A stretch of 62,854 bases of DNA, the filler included, from Squatina squatina (Eukaryota), in NCBI GenBank assembly GCA_031763465.1. It is 4 parts of 4 records of this genome, joined end to end, with 100 filler letters (N's around TTAATTAATTAA, not from the genome) between each part and the next. Parts side by side here need not be neighbours in the genome. Positions count along the whole stretch, not along the records: positions 1 to 20,502 come from JARFOE010000058.1; positions 20,603 to 35,008 come from JARFOE010000001.1; 2 more parts are not named here. One strand, 5' to 3'. The position numbers and the translations under genes are program-made. Position 1 is the stretch's first letter. Each line of letters opens with the position of its first letter. The notes under the pieces were generated by a model. It saw only the letters and a list, made by a program, of their open reading frames with translations. It had not been told where the DNA came from and ran no database searches. Below are positions 12,345 through 23,320 of this stretch, piece by piece.

Positions 12345-13410
12345 GTGCATGAATTTGAGTAACTGCGAGTTAACTGAGTGTGAATTACAGTAAGTCCAGG
12401 CGTGAATTACAGTAACTCCCAATGCAAATTATGGTAACTCTGAGCGTGAATTATAGTGACATTAATTATAGTCATTCTGAGTGTGAATGATGGTAATTCC
12501 GAGTGAGAATTACAGTAACTCCCAATGTGAATTGTGGTACATACGAGCGTGAATAACAGTAACTTGGGGTGTGATTTACAATAACTGCGAGTTAACTCCA
12601 AGCATGAATTACAGTAACTCCGAGGGTGAATGATGGTATCTCCCAATGTGAATTATGGTACATCGGAGCGTGAATTACAGTAACTCGGGTCATTAATTAC
12701 AGTAACTCCGAGCGTGAATTACAGTAACTCGGGCCATTAATTACAGTAACTGAGTGTGAGTGACGGTAATTCCGAGCGTGAATTACAGTATCTCCCAATG
12801 TGAATTATGGTACATTGGAGCGTGAATTACAGTAACTGAATTACAGGAGCTCCTGCGTGAATAACAGTAACTTGGAGTGTGAATTATAATAACTGCGAGT
12901 TAACTCCAAGCGTGAATTACAGTAAGTCCGGGCGTGAATTACGGTAACTCCCAATGTGAATTATGGTACATCCGAGCATGAATTACAGTAACTCCAGTGA
13001 GAATTACAGTAACTTGGGTCATTAATTACAGTAACTCCAAGTGTGAATAACAGTATCTCCGAGCGTGAAGGATGGTAATTCTGAACGCGAATTACAGTAA
13101 CTCCGATTGTGAACTACGGAAACTCCAAGCGTGAATTACAGTGGGTCTGGTCGTGAATTACAGTAACTCCGAGTGTGAATTACGGTAACTCCGAGCGGGA
13201 ATCAGGTCGTGAATTATGGTAAATCAGGTCATGAATTACAGTAACTCCAGGTGTGAATTACAGTAACTCCGAGGGAGAATTACAGTAACTCGGAGTGTGA
13301 ACTACAGTAACTGCGAGTTAACTCCGAGCGTGAATTACAGTAAGTCCAGGCGTGAATTACAGTAACACTTGCATGAATTAAGGTAACTCCAAGCGTGAAC
13401 TACGGTAACT
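12345..13410. repeat. 22-bp minisatellite (consensus GAGCGTGAATTACAGTAACTCC), runs into a gap
   Basis: GTGAATTAC recurs with period 22 (e.g. 13330, 13352) over about 1.06 kb inside a THOC2 intron. Confidence 0.95.
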
Positions 13411-13529
13411 NNNNNNNNNNNNNNNNNNNNNNNNNNNNNNNNNNNNNNNNNNNNNNNNNNNNNNNNNNNNNNNNNNNNNNNNNNNNNNNNNNNNNNNNNN
13501 NNNNNNNNNNTTTCGACTCTGATTGGGAT

Positions 13530-14330
13530 TTAGCAGCAATTATGATGATCACTGGTTTATGACCGTACTGGCATATGAAGCACTGTGAAAAGGTTACCTG
13601 TTTTTGAGTACTGTGAAGGGTGGAATGTTGGATTTGATTCACTGGGTGATTCCTGAGATAGATCACTGTTGGGTGGGATCATGAGATATGGCCATATTGA
13701 GGGCAGAGAATTCTATGACATTCCAGGACTGGGGTTTGGAGTCGTGTGGTAGGGATATGATCTCTTTTGGTTAGACATAATGCTGGTATCTTGAGAGAAT
13801 TGGTGGAGGAACACATGTCTGTCAGTACTGGAATTGGAGGATTTCATGCTGGAGAGTGTGTTGGGACTTGTAACACCGGAGAGGTGAGCAGATATGGTTG
13901 CATTTGGAAGATGACCCTGGCAGCATGAGCAGGGCGTTGATCAAGATTACAGAAGCATAGAGGGAGTTCTAAGGGTCATTTTGGGATTGCTGAAGTAGGA
14001 CGGAGGGAGAAATGGGGGTGGGGGTTCCAGGGCCTCAAAGCATGGAGGTGGGTATGGGGTTCCAGCAATGTTGAGTGGTTGGATGTGACATCTTTCAGAT
14101 AAGCAAGCCGAGTTGAATGGGCACCCTCTTAGTACCGACTCAGTTTCATGCCATCTGCCCAGATTCTGACATGAAGCCAGGTTTCAAGTGTAAAAACTGT
14201 TACTGCATTTGCTGACTATGTTGGCATGCGTTGTTCGTGATTTTCATAGTTGAAATAATGGATGATGGCCCGAGAACCTGTGAGGAGGGCCTGCTGATGG
14301 TTGGAGTCAATTGAGGAATGGGTTGGGTGA
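13530..14330 (-). mobile_element. Degenerate Penelope-like retroelement fragment
   Basis: Minus-strand peptides in the expected PLE order: TGSRAIIHYFNY (like DKG.aiVi..dY), NSLYASV (like V.SLYT.I), then a Cys pair FSQCFICQY like the one preceding GIY-YIG. Many stops. Confidence 0.45.
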
Positions 14331-14688
14331 GTTTGGTGATGGTAAGATGATATGGCAGATAAGTATGGACTGAGAACCAACTGGAGATGGGGGAAAATCT
14401 CTCCTCCCACCCACTCTATCCACATTGTCATGTGTTTTCCTTTAAGCTTTAGTCGGTCTTTTGCCTGTGTTCACACATTCATACTCTCACTTGTGCTCAC
14501 TCAATCTGCAATGTTTTACCACATAGTACTTGGAAGAAATGTCCTGGAGTTTTTTTTTGCTTGCATTTGCAGTGTTGGTCTGCAGTATTTGAACAAACTG
14601 TTAAATTAGCAGCAGTGGTGTTGTATTGTTCCTTTGTTGCATTGTCATGCATAAATAGTTGAAGTGCCGAAACAACAATTTGTTTTAA

Positions 14689-14826
<138 letters not shown>

Positions 14827-17689
14827 TAAGTCATCATTGGTTTTTTTCCTATGTGTTTGGAAAAATGTGAAATGTTAGATAGTAATGAGCATATTGCTGT
14901 TACTGAAGCTTCATAAAGATCGAATATATTCTCAGTACAAATCCATTCCGGTTGTACTACTTGTACAGAAGTATCCAAATAGAAAATATGTAATTTGAAT
15001 AACTATTTATATATTTATTTAACTTTAATCCTAACTGCGCCACATAGATTTCTACAAATAAGACTTGAGTGAATCATGATTAGGTAATTCATTTACAACT
15101 GGCCACAGCTCTTTAAAAGTTAGGTCCAAGCTAAGGGGCTGCCAATTGTTTCCAGTTCTTAATGTTAATTGGGACTTTTAAACCACATGTTAAACTGTCC
15201 TATTACTGCAACTCAAGAATCTTATTTTTTAGGTTGCGCTGTATGGAAAAATTTACAAGTATTTGTATTGAACTTGGGAAATGCACAAGGATTAAAATTT
15301 GCACTTGACCAGAAATCTGAACAAGTGTTGGTAATTTAAAAATTTGACATTTAAATGAACAAATAGTTACACATACTGCTTTTAAAACTTTACAGCAGTT
15401 GAATGAATGTTTTGTCTTGAAGAACTGACACTCAGTGCAGCTGAAGTGTTGAATTTTTCAAACAGTACATTTTCCTGTCTGCTGTTTAATAAACTGAATG
15501 GTAGAAATTTCAACTTCAAATTGATATTTCAACATGTCTGCCCAAATTTATATTGTAAACATGTCTGCCATCTGTAGAATGGCATGGCAGCTATCAGTCG
15601 TACTGTACCAGCTGGGTCAGAAACCATGTTTAATTAATGAGCAATTTCTGAGCTATTGAAGTTACTCAGTTGGTAATGAAGTGTAATTGAGCCATATAAA
15701 CCAGAAGGTTTCTTCAATAGTTAATCTGTGTGAAGAAAGCTGATATCAACTGGGCTAGCAGTTGGGATGGTAAAATTGGCTGCCTTGCATGGGCCATGTT
15801 CCTTTTTGTGGTCGTAACTTGTGCTGGTTGGTGCATATCAAGATATGAATCTCCTGTGGCATTGCTAATGGTGAGTGGTGGTATGTGTTCTGTCACGATA
15901 TCAGTGTGAACTAATCGCTCCAATTGGCTCACACATTGCTTCTTCCACCTTTGTTGCTGTGTCCTTGCTGATATTGTATTACTGACTCGATTTTCTTGGA
16001 ATTGTACATTCAGTTTATTCTCCATAATCTGGCACTGGCTTGTTTGTCATATTGATGACTGCCTTCCCCTGCTAGCCTCCATCACCAGGTGATTCCCTGA
16101 CCCTCATTCTGTCCCCTGAACTCCATCCCATATTGCCTGCTCTTCCCACCACATATCTGCTGCCCTACTCTTCTCCATAGTTCGTCTCGTCCACTGTAAG
16201 CTTTTAGTGCCAAGTCGCTTCTCATAACGACTGCAATGCCTTGCACCTCCCCACCTTCCATTACCAGTGATTCCATTCTTGTTCACCTCTCCCCTCTCCG
16301 TAGCACCACCGGCTTTTGTCCTTGTGCCCCCCTTCTTGATCCAGTCACCTGACCGTAATCTTCATTGCACCTCCTTGGAATCCCCCATCTATGTCCGGCC
16401 CTGTGCAGCCTTGAGCCTTGCCCCTCACCCCATCCTGTCCCAGTGACACAGTCTTGTTCTGCATTGCACCCCATGGCTCCTCAGTCGCAAGCAACTTCTT
16501 CAAAAATTTGCCAGTACAGCCAAATGGTTTTAAAGCACTCATTGTGCAAAAGTAGAATCTTATAACATTCTATTTGTAATCTTGTAAACAGTTTATTTAA
16601 AAAAAAAGCAAATGGTCAGTTTACTCGTTGCAATAAATAAGAAGGATTTCATTCGATGATTGCGAGGGGTATGAAGGCCCAATATTTGATCAGTGAACTG
16701 TCTGAAGCTTGTGGAGACAGTTGAAATAAAACACAGTAGAATAAAAATCTAAATTAGCAAAGTCTAAACAATTAAAAATTAATTTTAAAACTTAATTAAG
16801 ACAACCTACAGAAATGGAGCGAGGAAACAAACTTTGCAGAGGTAGGAGCCCCACCTAATGTTGGAAGCCCTTATAGGTAAATATCATGCTAAGTATCGAT
16901 CGTTTAGGAGAATATGTGACAAAAATCTTCACACAGGTACACAAGTGTGCAGTCGCATTTAAAAGATGTGGTTGCATTTTGTTTGTATACGAAATGTACA
17001 TTCGGTGAAGATGGGTGAGGTCAGATAGTTTGCCTGCACTCATTCTGGGCTCAAATATGAGGTCTGTTCGTTGTAGGTGACTGAGAGCAATTGGCATCCA
17101 CGGAACTGTCTCCCTGCAGGAATTTATGCAGGAGAAAGCTTGCATAAAAAGTGTAATTCTTAATCTATTGAATTGCCCAAAACTTTGGGTTAGCCAGTAA
17201 CCCATGATAGGTTTAAGTTCAATGTTGATTCCATGTTTGAAACTGCATCCCTAGCTATTACGTAAGGAAGAACATCAATATTTGCTTAACCGTTTAAACT
17301 ATGACTTGAAGCACTCTGGTGCAGTGCGTCAATTTGTGTTACCAGTTTATGTCCTCTGTCCCGCATGCTGTGTTCTTGATTTCAGCTGACTGTTGTGACA
17401 TACTCAGTGAAGCTGAAACGTTCTCCTGTAGCATGGGAGAAAAAAAACGTTAAAAAATTCAGTGGAGGAAAATTTTCACACAGTGAGTTGCACCAATAGA
17501 AAAAGATTTGGGCATGTCCTTTGCTGTAATGATTGGTGTCAATCCTGTGTTAAATTGTGTACTCGGTTGCGGTGAATGGAAATTAGAGCGTAGCCTTTAA
17601 TAATCTGGTTCTACGTTGAAGAATGTCTACACTAGGAGCAGCTGGTACAGGTAACCCAACAAGACACGAGGGTGTGACACACAGGCAGA

Positions 17690-18562
17690 GAAGAAGATGC
17701 CACAATTTCAATGAAGTAGCACATAGCCGAGACAGTGTCCTACATGTTTATGGCAGGAAAACTACCATAAGCATCACACGTGCCATGTGAAGGGATGTGG
17801 CACTGACACTGAGAGCTGACTCTCTCACCCCCAGGACTACAGGGCAGTGCTGCGTAAAGTTCAATGCCCTCACCAGGCCAGGCAAGGTAACACTCTGCCA
17901 CTCTCCCTGGGCATTCTGGGCATCACCAAACTCTTTACAAACTCACCCCTGCTTCACTTCCTTCTTTACTCCCACATGCCAGCTCAGATATTTTCCCCAC
18001 AAGGGAATTAGGTATTGTTAGAGGGGAAGTGAAACCAGGTGATTCGCTGAGCCCGAGGGAACTGGAGGAGTTTGGAGTAGGTGAGGATGTGCCACCTTCC
18101 CAGTGACGGCTGAGGAGAAGACTGCCAAATATGGATTTGGAGTTGTGAGACCCAGAGCTAATGGTACTCGCCTGTAAAGAAGGATGTTTCATGAACAGTG
18201 ATGGACATTGTAGCTATGTGCGGGTTCCGAGGACAGTCTCCGAGGATGATCACCAACTCATTGGTGTGACTGTTGAGTCCAGAGCTCTCATTTGCGTAAC
18301 ATCAGGGTTAGCTTTTCTTTGTTTCAGATATCAATGAAGCAGATGGCAACTGCACTGGAATCTGCAGCAGACCCCCACCTAGGAAGTGACTGGGGTCCAG
18401 GCAGTGGCTTTACTTCTATTGAAGTACAGATTGCAGTTCTGGTGGCAGTAGGGGAGAGAATGGAAAGCACCCTGCGTACCGGCTTCCACACCAAAGTGGC
18501 TGTGATGAATACTGCTGTCTCGAAGGGCTTTCAGGACCTGGAAGCTACCACTTGACTGGCTT
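17690..18562 (+). mobile_element. Degenerate Myb/SANT-like ORF of a PIF/Harbinger-type transposon
   Basis: Frame gives RDSVLHVYGRK...RAM*RDVALTLRADSLTPRTTGQCCVKFNALTRPGK followed by gtaac, matching the Myb/SANT-like pattern W.EVA..V.A.S..PRT..QCRKKFNDL. Downstream low-complexity peptides contain stops. Confidence 0.55.
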
Positions 18563-18870
18563 NNNNNNNNNNNNNNNNNNNNNNNNNNNNNNNNNNNNNN
18601 NNNNNNNNNNNNNNNNNNNNNNNNNNNNNNNNNNNNNNNNNNNNNNNNNNNNNNNNNNNNNNNNNNNNNNNNNNNNNNNNNNNNNNNNNNNNNNNNNNNN
18701 NNNNNNNNNNNNNNNNNNNNNNNNNNNNNNNNNNNNNNNNNNNNNNNNNNNNNNNNNNNNNNNNNNNNNNNNNNNNNNNNNNNNNNNNNNNNNNNNNNNN
18801 NNNNNNNNNNNNNNNNNNNNNNNNNNNNNNNNNNNNNNNNNNNNNNNNNNNNNNNNNNNNNNNNNNNNNN

Positions 18871-18974
18871 CAGAACACGATGACTTTTTTGTACCTTTGC
18901 TAGAGTCCTACATGTACATGTGCGAACTACAAACTCTTTGTCATATCTTGGGCTTCAAATTTAAATTTTATCAG
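18871..18974 (+). CDS. THOC2: THOC2 exon, 3' part (5' part lost in a gap)
   Basis: [34 protein letters not shown]|gtactg, versus human [34 protein letters not shown]. Confidence 0.95.
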
Positions 18975-20237
18975 GTACTGTAGAAACCTGTCCCTTTTTT
19001 AAAGAGTTTTAGTTGATTTGCTTAGATGTTTTGTAATGGTGGCATGGAGAGTGTGTTAATCGAAGGCTCACAAGCAATGGCATTAAATAGTGACTAACTC
19101 AAACCTATGGTCAGCCTTGCCTGTGAACCTTTTAGAGTTAAACTTGTGTGGTTTATTGTATTTTTGAACCAATTTTTAAAAAAAGAGTTGGTTGATGTTG
19201 ACTGGAGGTACTTATCTGTTTTGATAGTGTATTCTCTCGCCTCCCTCCTGCACTGTAGAACTGCTCATCTGATGCCTTTTAGTTCTAGACTGTGGGAAAA
19301 GGTGTTGAGAAGACAGCCTCTCAAAACTGAAGTAAGTACCTGCATTCAACGATATAAAATGTCTAGTTAAAAGTTTGTATAATATTTTTCTGAATTTTCT
19401 GTTTTGTTGCATTGTTCAGTGGGTTGTGTCGTTGTGTTTTCCTTTTGCGACAACGAAATGTAACATCACCAAGAATGTAATATTTCATGGTGGTATTATT
19501 TGAAGCAGTTATATGCCTTAATTTGGCAATTATGCCCCAAGTATTAATGCAATCTGTTAAATCAGTTTGTTTTTAAAACCAGTACATGAACTTCAAATGT
19601 CTCACTCCCACAATTGACACCATAAGTTTCATGGTAACACATGATACTATCTGGTTTACAGCTACTTTTCCTNNNNNNNNNNNNNNNNNNNNNNNNNNNN
19701 NNNNNNNNNNNNNNNNNNNNNNNNNNNNNNNNNNNNNNNNNNNNNNNNNNNNNNNNNNNNNNNNNNNNNNNNNNNNNNNNNNNNNNNNNNNNNNNNNNNN
19801 NNNNNNNNNNNNNNNNNNNNNNNNNNNNNNNNNNNNNNNNNNNNNNNNNNNNNNNNNNNNNNNNNNNNNNNNNNNNNNNNNNNNNNNNNNNNNNNNNNNN
19901 NNNNNNGGAGACCACTCCCTCCCGGCAATTATTTTTCGAGGCACCCGCTCCCTCCCAGCATTTCTTTTTCAAGGAGCCTGCTCCCTCCCAGCACTTCAAT
20001 TTTATTTAAACAAACCTGAAGCACGCAAGTGCAGAACACTTCTGGTTTGTTGGCAGCAGTTGCGTCCTTAAAATAAATGGTGATACTTTGTGTTTATTTT
20101 TTTGCATTTGGTGGTGTATTAATGGAAACAAGAAAATATTAGCAAAATATTTTGTTTGGCTTAATGAAGAATTAAAATAACGTGAACAAGATAAGTTTCT
20201 GCTGCTTAATCAAACTTATTTGTAAAAAAAATTCAAG

Positions 20238-20330
20238 GAACCAAATGGAGAGACGCCATCTTCACTTTATCGGGTCGCTGCGATACTACTGCAACACAAC
20301 TTGATAGAGCTTGATGATCTTTACGTGCAT
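20238..20330 (+). CDS. THOC2: THOC2 internal exon ([31 protein letters not shown])
   Basis: ag|...|gtaagt, 93 nt, directly continues the previous exon. Confidence 0.95.
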
Positions 20331-20502
20331 GTAAGTGAACTAATTATTGAAGTTTGTATGTCATCAATTTTTAAAAACAAATTTCGGGTACAGTATTACT
20401 TCTAACAGATTTGGTTATGAAGAATTCCTGTTGGCGCTTGAGCTACAAAAAATAGTGCTCAGTTGCGTGATCTAGGTTAGTCTAAATGCAATCTGTTGGT
20501 GC

Positions 20503-20602
20503 NNNNNNNNNNNNNNNNNNNNNNNNNNNNNNNNNNNNNNNNNNNNTTAATTAATTAANNNNNNNNNNNNNNNNNNNNNNNNNNNNNNNNNNNNNNNNNN
20601 NN
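20503..20602. other. Artificial scaffold-joining spacer
   Basis: N44-TTAATTAATTAA-N44 (stops in all six frames); core at 20547-20558. Confidence 0.97.
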
Positions 20603-21514
20603 AGCTGTGAACATTTATAAACGCATCAGCAGGGAATGATGGATGTTCCGATGGACATTAAACTCACACTGAGAGACCTTAACATTTTTTCTTATTTTTC
20701 TTAGTAGGTAAAAGCATAGGTACCACATAGTCTTCTGTGTGGATAAACAAGGAAAAATAAATTAACGGCATGAGATGAAAAGGTGGATGAGCACCAATAA
20801 AGTACGTTTTGCATGAGATTAATGTAGTAGAAAGGCTGCTGAAATGCAATAATTATGCCATTTAATTTTTCCACAGCAGATTCTAAAAACGCCACTGATT
20901 TCATCTCCATCAGCTTGCTGTTTAGTTGGAGCTCTCATGGGGGAGAGCCCTGACTCATCCCGTATACGCTTGAGTCTGCAATCCGGCGCTCCAGGTGGGA
21001 ATGACGCTTGCAGGGAATGTCCCTCAGGCAATCGGACCCTCAGCCTGTGATTTTCTTTCAATTAGAATCAAGGAGAGGAAAATCACTGGAGCATTAGATT
21101 ACGGAATAGCTCCTTTAGAATGCAGTTGAAAACTTACTGATAAACAATGATGAAGTCATATTTGGAGGCATTTATTTGTGTGTGTGCAGTGACATCACAT
21201 CTCTTCAATAAAAGGTAAAATGGATGTATCTCCTTGAGTGGGCAGACAATGCGCTGGTAAGATTTACTTTTATCAACTCAGAAGTACCGATCATATACCC
21301 TGCCTGGATTCTTCAGCTTGCTCTGAATCTTGGTGTACCATCACTGCCATCAGCATTCATTCATGTACCCTCATATGCACACATGCTGGTGCTCCTAGAT
21401 ACAGAAAAAGGAGTATAAGCTAGTTGACAGAAGTGAGGCTCATTGAGCATGTTGTTCTGAGTTTCGGTTTGCTCTCTTAGGTGGCCATAAGAGATCCCAT
21501 GCACAATTTTGAAG

Positions 21515-21738
21515 AAAAACAGAGGAGCCCTGGTCAATATTTGTCCCTCAATCAACATCACTAAAAACAGATTATCTGTTCATTATCACATTGCTGTTTG
21601 TGGGAGCTTGCTGTGCACAAATTGGCTGCTGTGTTTCCTACATTATAACAGTGGCTACACTTCACAAGTACTTAATTGGCTGTAAAGTGCTTTGAGATGT
21701 CATGAAAGGCGGTTTATAAATGCAAGTCTTTCTTTCTT
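21515..21738 (+). mobile_element. Deu-domain SINE (SacSINE1-like), 3' half
   Basis: CATTATCACATTGCTGTTTGTGGGAGCTTGCTGTGCACAAATTGGCTGC...TATAAATGCAAGTCTTTC. Reverse-complement copy at 45549-45656. Confidence 0.75.
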
Positions 21739-22930
21739 TCTGGTGGGGGAGTCAGGNNNNNNNNNNNNNNNNNNNNNNNNNNNNNNNNNNNNNNNNNNNN
21801 NNNNNNNNNNNNNNNNNNNNNNNNNNNNNNNNNNNNNNNNNNNNNNNNNNNNNNNNCATTTGAAAAATAGCATAGACTTTCTGGGTCCTGGCCCCCAGCA
21901 AGTGCGTATCTGCCAATTATCAAAAATTCTCTGCATTTTTTTTTAATGGCTATTTACTAGGAAGGACAGCTTAAATTTCTGGTTCACTTCCTCTAAAATC
22001 CTAGGACTTTGCTTTTTAGAGTGGGATTGAAGACCCTGACTGAATACCAGGCTTGTTGTCTAGTTTTTATTCTCACTGATTCTAATCCTCTTTAAGGGGA
22101 GGAAGTTAATTAATCTTGTATTAAAGAACAGTGACATTTGATCAAACTAGCTCTTAACAGCCATGACTGAATATGAATATATCCCAGGATTTCTCTTTGG
22201 ACACTAATTAGAAACTCGGTATCCTTTTGATAGAGGTCAACTGTCACATTCTTAGTTACCAAATTAATTGCTTTAAGCCTTTGCTTAAAGACAAAAGGCA
22301 AGCACAGGAAGTGTACTGTTTTGACCCTGCAGCATTTGGAGATAGGTTAAAATTAATGACAAGTCTTAGAATATTACATCAGGATACTGTGATGATATAA
22401 TGTTTAATATTGTTCTTTCTTATGTCTGTTTCAAAAGTGCCAAGATTTTCAGCTACTCTTTGTTAAAATGTTTCCCTTTATCATGAAAGTCTTTCTCTTT
22501 GCCTCATGGGGAGGATATCCTAATTTAGAGATTTTTCTCCAAACACTTGCTGTAAGAGCAAGTTTTTAGGCCTACAGACCGTCCCTTCTGCTCTGTCTCC
22601 CCTCCCCCCCTTCCCCCGCCCCTGCAGGTGCTTAAAANNNNNNNNNNNNNNNNNNNNNNNNNNNNNNNNNNNNNNNNNNNNNNNNNNNNNNNNNNNNNNN
22701 NNNNNNNNNNNNNNNNNNNNNNNNNNNNNNNNNNNNNAACCCCCGACTCTGACCCATTGGGGCCCCCTTGGTGAGTGAGATGGTGTGCTATCGAAGAATG
22801 AGTGTTCAGGAACTTTGGCACCTCTCCTTAAGGCCTAGGACAGATGTTCTAGTTGTAAGGAGTAATAGGGTATCTCAGTTTGAGGAGCTCAAAATAACTC
22901 CTTCCAAATGAACTGTTAATTAAATTAAAT

Positions 22931-23320
22931 GGGGGCAAAATTGCCCCTTTTTGTTGCCCTGTTAATGTCCGTTTTCACCCTGGAATTTGTGGAGGTGCTG
23001 GCAAGACAGCGCCACATCCTGCAGTTAGTGACCTGGGCTGCCGCTCAAACAGCGATGATGTCATCAGCCGATGTAAAAAAAATGGCAGCTGACGGCATTA
23101 GCACCTCCCCTTTACCTGTCGTTGCCAATGACGCGGGTCTCAGCGACAAGCTGCGGACCAATTCCGGCGGCGCTATTGGGTTGGCATGCATCATGGAGAC
23201 GTTGCGTGCCAATGGCACCCCCAACCAATTCAGGAAAACAATTTTTTCCCCTAACAATGCTATAGTGCCCGGTTAGCACCACCTTTCAGTGCTACCATGG
23301 CACTAAAACAGACCAATTGG
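22931..23320. mobile_element. GC-rich MITE-like element (same terminal motif as 161-175)
   Basis: Starts GGGGGCAAAATTGCCCCTTTTT and is CpG-rich relative to its flanks. Right end is approximate. Confidence 0.5.

Noticed and set aside
12345-13410. CRISPR-like array of short palindromic repeats
   Set aside because: Units are head-to-tail with no unique spacers, there are no cas genes, and the context is a vertebrate intron. It is a minisatellite. The same applies to 48540-48864.
20547-20558. TTAATTAATTAA as a biological motif, and gene neighbourhoods across it
   Set aside because: It is centred in identical N44 pads three times, so it is an artificial linker. Genes on different segments are not linked.
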